Positions 27,001-37,380 of a stretch of DNA of 64,000 nt are shown in pieces (positions within the stretch are counted from its first letter, which is position 1; the number at the start of each line of letters is the position of its first letter). The notes beneath the pieces were generated by a model, which saw only the letters and a list, made by a program, of their open reading frames with translations, was not told the origin of the DNA and searched no databases. Source of the stretch: Seison nebaliae. Taxonomy: Eukaryota. The stretch spans positions 1 through 64,000 of the forward strand of contig JALJEE010001986.1 in NCBI GenBank assembly GCA_023231475.1, written 5' to 3'. The position numbers and the translations under genes are program-made.

Positions 27001-28999
27001 ATCTTGTTGTAAAAGCATTTGTGAATTTTTCAATTTTTTCCGAAATCGTCGGGGCCATTCCATCTAATGTTCTTTGGTAATTCTGAACGAAGTTTAAGAA
27101 ATGTTGATAAAAGTTTCTTTTTTGAAAAAATTAACTTCAATCATACCCATTTCCCCCTTGGCATTTGAGATTAATACTTCATATTGATACAAAGCAACAT
27201 TCTCTAACGGTTTCCCTAAAGCTCCACTAAATTTCGTTTTCATTCTCCATTTCCTTAAATATCGTTTGAAGCGTTTATGAGCTATTATTAATCGTTGACA
27301 GAATATTGATGAGTATTACAATGAATGAAAGGAAACTTGTTGGATTAAAATATTTGAGGAATATTGGAGAATAACGAATGGCAATATTAAATAAGAATTT
27401 CCTATCCAAAAGAAGTATCATAGAATCTTGTTTAGCAAACAGACTTGTTTCACATGGTGTCGTCGTAATAATATCCTAAAATAATAAAATTAGTTTTGTT
27501 TTTAATTATTTATAAAAAAACAAATAAACATTGCCAAGAGAGAAACCATTTCGATAAGCAAATTGATAGTTCGAATGACTCGTTAATGAAAGAGATTTAA
27601 TTTCTCCATAAACTACAAACATCAAATATTTGACTCGATCATTCTTATTAAATAAAATTTCATTCTTTGACAAATGAATAATCTCTATGAAAGGTGCGAT
27701 TTTCCTCAATGTTCCACGATCGATCGATGTGAAAAAAATCGATTCACGAAAAAATGGCAGAGCAATATTGAATTTCATATCGATATAAGTACCCGGACTT
27801 AACAACTTATGTTCACTTTCCGTCAGAAGTAAATAATCCTCATTCCAACGGGTATGTAAGAATGTACGAATATAGCTTATGGTCTGTGGCAAGAGGAGCA
27901 TTCTTTTCAAACTCTCAACATATGACGATAATTTTCCTCTCAGTTTATGCATTTGACTCATTTGACCAACATAAGTACAAATAATAAATGTCAACCATGG
28001 AACATAGACCCAAGTATGATAAACGATGACAAATGATATGGTGGAAAATTTCTCATGCCAATAAGTCGGTTGAATATGTACAGGAATGTTCGATGTCGCA
28101 ATACTCACCGTATAATATAAACATCCCCAAAAATAATCGATTAATCGGAAAGAACTCGATTCATTCTCCAATTTTGCTAGCCAACTATCATCTAAAAATT
28201 TCAAGTGAACAATCAAATTCAGTTTCTCAAATATTTAACTTCTATAAGTATAAATCGATTTATCTCCAAGATATCCACTACTGGATTGGGCGAACCAAAT
28301 AATTGGATATATTACAATTACAAAGATTGCCGATATGACTACATGTGTAATATATCTAAAAGAAAATTCTCAAATTATATGAAATATGAAATTGCCGTTT
28401 AACTTCCAACTACTGATATTACCATGTCTATATCGAAGATGAGCGTACAGGAAAGGAACTCTTAGAATTCTGTATGTCATGAAAACGATTAATCTCCGAT
28501 TTTCCCCCAAAATCGAATCATCATCTTTCGAAAGAAAGTACGACAATTCGTACGGAATAAGCAAAATTACGCCAATTATTACGATAATCATTTTTAATTT
28601 TTTCGTTTCCCAATTACTATGGTAATTCCAATAATCAATTTGAGCATCTAAATTTCAATTGATTTTTTTTAATATTTCTTAATAATAAAGAATAAATCAC
28701 CAACAGTAATATAATGCATAAAGATGTGCACAAATTATCAGGATGAAGAATAGGAAGAATATGTCACTCAAATAAACGACAATCAGAACATAATCGAATT
28801 CGAATTGGTTCTCATATCCGAATGCCAATCGGATAGCAAGATAAAGCGCTGAGAAGAGCGTTAGTACAATAGTCACCAGTCTTACAAAATGTTCTAGGTA
28901 AGTGATGACTCGGATAATCCTGTTGGATTTCCATTCACTAAATGTAAATAAATTATTTTGTGTTCTATTCAACAGATAGTGCGGTCGTTCGATGCGCAT
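21099..28999 (-). CDS. Single-chain channel with four tandem 6TM + C-linker + cyclic-nucleotide-binding repeats (CNGK/tetraKCNG-like), ~2,500 aa, 8 short introns
   Basis: ORFs 28697-28999, 28370-28591, 27506-28216, 23765-27058 and 21410-23755 join in frame through GT-AG introns; four CNBD-like segments (EILFNKNDRVKYLMFVVYGEI; GQKITTEKNFCHRLFIIRKG..YFG; GEIIEAQDNISDYIHFVKHGSV..RAKTNC; EDYVVRKNDVIDGIYFMQKG), each after a TM cluster. Confidence 0.8.
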
Positions 29000-29349
29000 T
29001 TTTCAACAATGAAAAAGAACTGTCCAATTTTTTAAGTTTTATATTAATTATTCAAATTAGATGTTTTTAATCTCATTCTTATAACGAATGGAAAATAAAA
29101 TTTAATAAAAGGTTGAACAAGAAATGAATAGGAAATTGAAATAGAAATCGGAAGAATATTTTAAAGAAAATAATATGTGAATTAAGTTATGAGCAACAAT
29201 TGGTGAAATATAATTAGTGTCTTTCTAATATTCTCGTCAATAAGAGAGCGAAAAATATTTTCATAGAATTTCAATAATTTCCTCTATATTTCCATGAAGT
29301 TTCGGAGAAGTACGAAAGAATGAATAAAACATTCTCTTTCTTTTCTTCA

Positions 29350-29974
29350 TTATAAACAGGTACTCATCGGGATTGTATTGGAAGATACTTTATCATGGAT
29401 TTTTTCCACATCATTCGTTAATGACGTATATATTAATGAATTTCTTCGACTATTAGAATTGACGTTATTCGAATGATTCTTTGATTCGGATTCATTCTCG
29501 TGATTCTCATGGTTCTCATTCGTCTCTTCTGCACAACTTGGAAATTTTTCATAGACCTTCGAATTAATTGTTGACAATCGAGTATTCTGTACTGGTAATT
29601 TATCTAATCTCATTAAACACATCGCTGGTGAAACAGTAAATGTTCTTGTTGATCGCATAGCTTCAATATCAATAAAACGCCGATTATCATTAAATTTAAT
29701 TGAAGTCTGTGGATTGAGGGACGAAGAATTTGGTGATAATTCATTCTCGTTATTATCTTCTACATCATTCCCGCCGCTCATATGGGAAATATGACGGAAT
29801 TCCGTCGGTGCTCCAATCTCATCTCTCGTTATTCGTTTCGGTCTTGGCTACAAACAGAAGTTCAATTGGAGAAGAAATTGATCAATTTGAGTAATAATAA
29901 GAAATAATTTACGAAACTTGATTGACATGATATGGAACACAACATACCAAAGATTCGGTTAAATCTCTTGACAT
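29350..29974 (-). CDS. CDC42SE: CDC42 small effector (SPEC/CDC42SE-like) CRIB protein with extended C-terminus; 1 intron
   Basis: Spliced N-terminus MSRDLTESLVCCVPYHVNQ|PRPKRITRDEIGAPTEFRHISHM shows the Cys-Cys pair, basic patch and CRIB motif. Confidence 0.75.
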
Positions 29975-31041
29975 GTTAATGAAATAAAATTGGGATCAAT
30001 TATGTTGTTTGGAGGAAAAAGAAAATTTGTGTGGATGAAATATGAAAAAAGGATTTGTTTCGTACAACTACGTTTTCCGATCGACGATTGTTGGATTTGA
30101 AAGATATGTGTATTTTCAATAGATAGATATGACGATATAATATGGGGAATTTATTAAATAATATTTTCTATCTGTTTAAATTTCTATCCGTCTTTACCTA
30201 TCTTTTGATGTCTTTGTGTATTTGTCCTTTTTTCTAATTGTCGTGTCGTCGTCTTCTACGTATTATTTGGTGTTCGCGAATAAATAGTTGTTGACGTTCT
30301 CTATTATGCTAATAGACAACATATATTTATATAAATTCTTACATATATTGCTTGTGTTTGCTATCTAATATTACGTACTTCCCAAATACGATAATTATAT
30401 ACAGAAGTATTTCGTTTCACACATATAGCAACATACTCATTAATACGTTGAATGAAGACAAAAAAGGAATACTGCGATCTGTTTATGTGTTTCGGACGTA
30501 TGTATAATACATTGTATATAGAAATGAAACGCTCTTTCTTTTTCTTTTTTCCTTTCCGTTTCTGACCCGACTCAATGAATGACTATGTGAGTCGAACTGA
30601 TAAATATCAACAAATCTTTTTCATCACTTGCCAATGAGAATAATTAAACAATTTTAATTAATTAATTAATGAGAAACTCTAATAGAAATTTTTATTCTCT
30701 CCTCCCAGTCTAATTTATTGTAGCAATTTCTTTCAAACTGTAAGCAACTGACCAACTAACAACTTCTCCACAAACTTCAATTATTTCTGTATAATTGCTG
30801 ATTTAACAAGTCTTAATGTCCCATTAATGACATTAAATAATGACATAATTATTAAATGTATATTATCAAAAGAGAATTTACATTGCTTAATTCTAACAAA
30901 GACATGGTAATTTAAAACAATTTAATCCTAGAAGATTTTGAATAAATTTATGAACCTCATCAAATGAGCCTTATTACTTTCTCGTCATTTTAATTGTTGG
31001 AAAATCGTCGAGAAGATAATTTTGTGCCATTACTTAAAAGA

Positions 31042-32512
31042 ATGACTATAAATGTGAAGAAAATCGCATTGAATGAAGGGTTTAAGGATGCTGTTATGAA
31101 TATCACACCACCCGTAGCCACATTACCTTGTGATGGTTTTCCATTTGAAAATTATGGGGAAAATTTGAAACTTCCTCAACCTAAGGAAGTTCAACAACAA
31201 GAGCTATAGTTATAATATTTAAATCATTATAATTACTTATAAACAATATCAGTTGCGGAGATGAGTATGTTTACGAGGAGTATGACATGTCTAAATACCC
31301 GGAAGCTGCTAACGCAGAAAAGGGACATTTAAGAGCAGCGGAAAATTTAGACGCATATTTTTGGTCAACACCTAAGAACATTAGGAAGAAACTTGGACAA
31401 ATATTTCACGGTTCTGCCAAAATTCTTCTGTTGTCCTTTGTTCTAACTTTTTTCAAGAAAAGTCGCGAGAACGACGAAAAGAGTCATGGAATATTCATTG
31501 CAGTTCTTGATTACTTCATCTTCTATTTGATTAATTAAAATTTAAAAGAACAAAGATTAGCGAAGAAAATCGGTCCAGGTAGTTTTTATCCGAATTATGA
31601 AAGTGTGGAAAAGAACTCACCCGCTTACACAATGGTTGGACCTCTTCATCAAGCAAGTACTGTTTTCCGATTTTGAACTGTTTGTCAATTAAATAAATTA
31701 ATATAAAGAAACTATCAGATATCCAGGGCCAGCAGAGTATATGATTAAACGAGAACCGATTAATGAAAAATTTAAAAGTTGTTCATTTAAAGGACCGAAT
31801 TGGCTCGATCCAGAAGAAAATTATGTCGATTTTTATGATACGAGTAAATATAAAGCCCTTGGCACTGAACCAAAACATACATTTTTTGGTAATCATCGAA
31901 AATGTAGACGTCAATATCCACCAGTTTATAATGAACAACTTTATAAACCAATTATTCCCTCCAAAATCGGTTGGACGTTTGGTTTAAAGAATGAAATTGA
32001 TGAATGGAAAGTCGAGAGTTCAAATGATTTATTAATTTAACTAATTTTAAAATATTTTTAGATTATTATCGTGCTGTTAGTCCCAGTGTAGTAAAAAGAA
32101 AAACACCGTATTATTCGATAGTTGGTGACCGTTATACTCGGAAAGGAGGTTTTTTTTTTCGAATCAAATTCGTTTCGGACGTGAACTTTTTAGGAATGAA
32201 ATATACTTCTAGTCCAGCAGATTTTTTTCCTAACCTTTCTTATAAACCGAATGCTCCGAAATATTCAATGAAATTCGAACCTAAAATATTTAAACGTGAT
32301 AGATTCGGAGACATAAAAGAAGTAAAGAAAGATGCCGGTAGTTGGAATTTTCATTAACGGGCATGTCAATATTTATTTTTTTTTGCGTAGATTCTAAATA
32401 TAACCTTGGTCCTGGGTCATATAACATACCATTAGATACTAACGATTTCCGCGGACATTTATTCAATTATCGTTTTCATGGATCATGTATTTTGCAACCG
32501 AGGGATTACTAA
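31042..32512 (+). CDS. ODF3/SHIPPO-repeat (PGP-repeat) ciliary or sperm-tail protein, ~7 introns
   Basis: Repeated IGPGSF, SPAYTM, YPGPAEY, SPADF..APKYSM and LGPGSYN motifs after splicing; start codon uncertain; TAA at 32510-32512. Confidence 0.7.
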
Positions 32513-32697
32513 CATTATTCTGAAATACTCTTTAAACATTTTTTTCGTTATTAACGAAATAGCCTAAGGAAATAATGGAATATGACAAATTTTAAAACTA
32601 TTCTTTTTCCTTTCAAAAATTTTAAACAAAATATTTCAAACTAATTTAAAAATAAAAAAATTATTGATTTTCTCTTCCCTCTACTTATCAGTCTTTA

Positions 32698-33275
32698 CTA
32701 ATCATACAATGAACAAAGTGAACAGTGGTATGAACAAAGATGTGAGACGTTAGACAAGAGATAAGCAAGAGATGAAAACAGCAATCTAAACAGCGAAGTT
32801 TTTCGGTCAGATCCCATCGATGCCGTGCGCTTTGTTGATTCTTGTGGAGTTGATTGTTTTGGAGATATCTTTGTGTCGTGTTTCGCTGATTTCATCCAGT
32901 GGAGACGTCGAACACTGTGACGAAAGATCTTCTTCGCACGAATTAGCACTGCGGATGTTTTTAGCGATGGTGTTGTTAAGGAAAGACGGGATAATCTCCC
33001 GAATTCCATCTGTAACGGAAGCATCCTGTGAAAGCTTGCGAATGGTGAGGAATAATGAGCACGTCAACGGAATGTGGTCGGATAGAAATGCTGGTTGCGA
33101 ATTGTGAAGAATGAAAAAATCGAAAAAGAGTGATCGAAGAGATGAGGAGGCAATAATATGGTCTATCCATGATGCGCCGACTGATGAGGAGAATGTATGG
33201 GAGTCACGTGTTAACAGAAATACGTCGACCACGAAAGCATCGAGAGAGATGAGACGATGAAAGTCAGATGAGACC
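32698..33275 (-). mobile_element. LINE fragment (endonuclease C-terminus and RT N-terminus), inverted relative to the adjacent RT 3' part
   Basis: HTFSS..SWIDHII..SDHIPL endonuclease end; KAHGIDGI resembling the RT KAPGPDGI motif. Confidence 0.8.
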
Positions 33276-33332
33276 CATCCCGGATCTAATCGCTTATTCT
33301 CACTTAAAATCGGTGGGAACTCGTTTCCTGCA

Positions 33333-34133
33333 GTGGTTGCGTACGCAGATCATATTCTAATATGTTCGGATAATGTAAATCAATGTAAAAAGATTATTGA
33401 ATTTATCAACAATCGGTTAACTATAGTAGGAATCATATGTAATGAAAGTAAATCGTCAATTTTGTCGAATATTTCGAGATTTCCATTATGGTGTGACTTA
33501 GAGGAATTGGTGTCTAAGGAAGTGTGTTTCCTGGGATGTCAGATCGACAGGAAGAAAAGAAGTTCAGCATTAGTTGATCGTGTAAGATGTAAATTCCTTA
33601 GGTCCTTTTACTCCTACCATCATCGGTGCAAGTTTTTCTCTATCAAATTGAAACTGAGATTATTCGTATGTTACTGTTGTGATTTTTATGGGCTGCCAGT
33701 CTCTATATCGAATACAGAAAAGTCATTGCGATGCCTTGATCGAACATATAATAGAACAGTTCGAAGCCTTTCAATAGAGCATTTATGTTCACGATTTGCC
33801 AATTGACTCCATTACCGCTACTCCTGGCACAGAGGTATCTGAAAGTAGTTGACTCGGTTTCCCGATCGGCCCTTCCAGTTCCAACGTATACACAATGTGA
33901 GAGCTTCTCGTCGCCTCGCCAATTTTTTTGCCGATATTATTCTCTTGAACTCCCATCTTCTCTCGATGAGTCGTTATCACTGATATCCAATTTTGTTATT
34001 AGTGATCTGGTTCCCGAATCACTCAAGGAGTACATTGATGTCGGTAGGAACTTACCGATGTTTTAGAGATGATGTTTAGAACTAATGTTCATGAAAATAA
34101 ATACTGATGACAATTATTATTATTATTTATTAT
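33333..34133 (+). mobile_element. LINE 3' end: RT C-terminal half, short 3' UTR, AATAAA and (TAT)n tail
   Basis: AYADHIL (YADD-like), CNESKS, FLGCQI, KLRLFVCYC..YG; frameshift near 33790; AATAAA near 34096 followed by ATT repeats. Confidence 0.8.
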
Positions 34134-35096
34134 CAAAATTCCCGTTGGGATAAATTAGGGAAAATATTAAAAAAATTCCGGTCCTCACCAATGTTGATCA
34201 AGTGGTGCAACTCGATAAGAGTTTCTTTTCATAAGTTCTCTATTTAAGAACTAACAGGTTTTTATTTTTCATCAATCATTCATCAAATAAAAATTAATAT
34301 TTTAGATTTTTTCAATTACTGAACAAATTTGATCAATTGTTAAGAAGTAAACATTGATAAAAATTTAACTATTTTCACCAAGTATTTTTTTAGCAATTAT
34401 ATTCAAAAAACGAATCACAAAAATTAATTTTTGAACCCTAAACTGTTTCTTTAACAGCACGTCATTCGATAATTTTGTGGAAATTTTCTTACGCTAAAAA
34501 TAATAATCTATTGAAATAAAATTGTAGGAAAAGAAATTTGAAGAAAAAATATTTTATTTTTTAAATTTAACTACATTTAACGAAAATTTGATTCTGGTGA
34601 AATTTCCGTATGTCTTTCATTACTATAATGTTTGTGAATCTGATACATTTGAAAGAAAATCTTGAATTTCAACGCCATCAATTGATGTTTCCAGCATAAA
34701 TTAATTTAACTTTCCATCTTGTTGTTTGGCAGTTTCCCTTTAACAACTTGTACTACTAAACATTCCATGTTAATTCTCCACCTTTAAGTTGGTTGATGTT
34801 AATAAGACAGAGTGTGAGTAGTTTGATCTCCAATTTATTATAGTGTGGTGGTGGGAATATGTTGCCTTTTCTTTATGTTTCTCCACTTTTGACAAATAAA
34901 GAAACTCTTCACATTTACCGGATTCCCAAATAATTCATAGATGAAAACCATGAAAACTCAGGATGAAGACTTAAAATGGCAATAAGAAAAACGGAAACGA
35001 GATGAGAAACAATTTCGGAATTCATAATTAATCGAAAATTTCCACGTTCCATTTTCCACTATTTCCATAACAATATGGGCCAAATATGATTCATTA

Positions 35097-35692
35097 GTAA
35101 CAAAATAAGTCAATCTGGAAACCAAAGAAGTTATTCCAGATTAACTTAAATTGTCCACAGTTGTCGTTCCAACCATTTTGAGTATCAAGTGATTAGATAT
35201 TAAATTTTGAGTTAATAAATTCTCAAAAAGGTGCAGAATTGAAAAGAAGTAGAACTCTGCGGTTATTGTTCAACTATATCTGAAAAAAGTGAATTTTCAT
35301 AAAATATTTAAATATGACGATATTCTTGAGTAGAAATCGTTTCTAATAAATTGGTTGAAATTCATTTTTCATTCATCACTAATAATTCGCTTGTTAGTAA
35401 TCACAAAATTATCAATAATATCTATCTTCTTCATATAAGAACCACCACCATTATGTTTCTGCATAACAATATGAATAAAATATTATCCATCGGAAACAAA
35501 ATAAGTCAATTTGGAAAGCAAAGAAGTTTTTTCAGATTAACTTAAATTGTCCGCAGTTGTCCTTCCAACTGTTTTGAGTATAAGGTAATTGTCGTCCTTC
35601 ATCTAGATTCTCCAAACGAAAATTCGATTATGAACAAAATAGACCAATCTGGAAACCAAAGAGGTTATTCCAGATTAATCTAAATTGTCCAC
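35097..35692. ncRNA. Three paralogous ~62-nt hairpins (35097-35158, 35491-35553, 35630-35692); candidate pre-miRNA cluster
   Basis: Shared core AATCTGGAA-loop-TTCCAGATT extended to a 20-28 bp imperfect stem; compensatory substitutions between copies. Confidence 0.55.
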
Positions 35693-36792
35693 TTTTGTGG
35701 TTCCAATCTAGTCAACGGTGATGAATTTCATCATTCTCATCGAATTCAGTTCCTTGTACGATTCCAATTGAATTGAATTAAAAGGAACGAACACATTTCT
35801 TTCTTGCCCATTAGCCAGTAAATTCAAATCGACACGTTGGCGAATGTCGGTTGTGAATGCAGACTATTCGAAAGATTCCTCTGATCATTATAGGATATTC
35901 GTTTTCCTAGTAGGAAAATAGAATTCGATATTTTTCAGAGTATGTTAAGTCCTCAGAGAATAACTTTTCCAGAACGGTCAGTTAAAAGATAAACTCTCGA
36001 AAGAAGAAAATGTAAAGAATAAAAATGAAAAAAAGTCCATTCTTTGTGTATAATATAGTATAATACATGTGTATCGTATATTTAATATAAAATCTATAAG
36101 TGTATACATACACGTTATATTTGATCTTCATCATTCATCGATTTACAGCATTTTACACGTCATCTATTCTCTCTCTGTTTCTTTATCTCTGTAAGTACTA
36201 ACACGTCATGTTATACGTGTTCTTTAATTTTGTTTTTCATGCACAACAATCAACGAATTTCTTACGCGTGGCATCATCTTATGTATTCAGGGAACAATTG
36301 CCTTCTTCATCGATTAATCTCACAGCCATCTTTTTCTTTCGTTAAATCATTTTTTATCCATCTTTATTGAAAATTACGAAAAGTTCTTGAAATATTCGAT
36401 ATTAAGTTCAATTGGATGAAAATACTCATAGATGTAAAAATTTCCATATTTTTCATTTTAAAAAAGGTTTGTCAGTTTCAAAAATTAACGTTATCTAAAA
36501 CAAAGATGATAGACCTAAATATCAAGATATCAAGTTATTGTAGCGTTGGTTCCTTGCTGTAGCATTATAATCAGGTTTTAAGAAATTTCAAAGGCGCTAT
36601 TATCGTTAGATGGTAGAATTTATCTGACAGAATCAATTTCTTCAATAGAAAAAGTTTCCAATCGAGAGAAGCAATTACGTTTTCAGAAAATTAGGAAAGA
36701 AATGATATCTCGTTATAAGAACCTAAGATCATGCATAAAAACAGTGAAACAAAACATGTTAAAAGGGATTCTAAAAGAATCCATAAGATCTT

Positions 36793-36830
36793 AATTAGTA
36801 GTATTACATATATATGTAATACTACTAATT
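36793..36830. repeat. Perfect 38-bp palindrome
   Basis: AATTAGTAGTATTACATATATATGTAATACTACTAATT is its own reverse complement. Confidence 0.95.
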
Positions 36831-37380
36831 GATTATTAAATTATAAGTAATTATAAAATCCATAAAAGTCCAAAACAGTTTTTTAAAACTATCAGAACTA
36901 ATATTTAGGCACAATAATTTAGAAAACTCCATTCAAAATTAGATATATTGTTGAGCGCTTAAATATGTGCACAAAAAATGCAAACAAATAATGGTTTTAA
37001 AAAATCAATTTTAATAAAAATTTGTATTTCTGGGTTCTCTGGAGTATAATTTAAAAAATAAATCTAGAAAATAATCCTTACTTAGATAATGCGAAAGAAC
37101 TCTTATCGAATAATGCTTAAAAGTGATATATAAATTTTTTTATGTTCAGATTTCATCTTTCATGTTGAAACTGAATATTTTACTTACTGGGAACGTGTCA
37201 AGGTGTCAACTGAATTATTTACTTTATTACTTTGGATTAGATTAACAAGATAATGATAATGATATTTTATTCCATTTAAATTTTACGTAAAACATTGTTC
37301 AATACATAACATAAAACATTTTCAACATAAACATAAGATTAGAAATAGAATAATTCTCAAGGAAGAATTCTAAAATATTA

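Noticed and set aside
29180..30915. RFX X-box-like half sites upstream of ciliary/sperm genes (e.g. GTTATGAGCAAC)
   Set aside because: Matches are degenerate and expected by chance.
34180..34235. VVQLDKSFF resembling a Merlin/IS1595 transposase VEIDES motif
   Set aside because: Too short, followed by a stop, and no other transposase motifs nearby.
35090..35710. Triplicated unit as a coding repeat (WNDNCGQFKLIWNNFFGFQIDLFC), a CRISPR array or an SL RNA
   Set aside because: In-frame stops; irregular spacing in a eukaryotic context with no cas genes; the AUUUUG Sm-like motif is buried in the stem and copy 3 lacks the GT donor.
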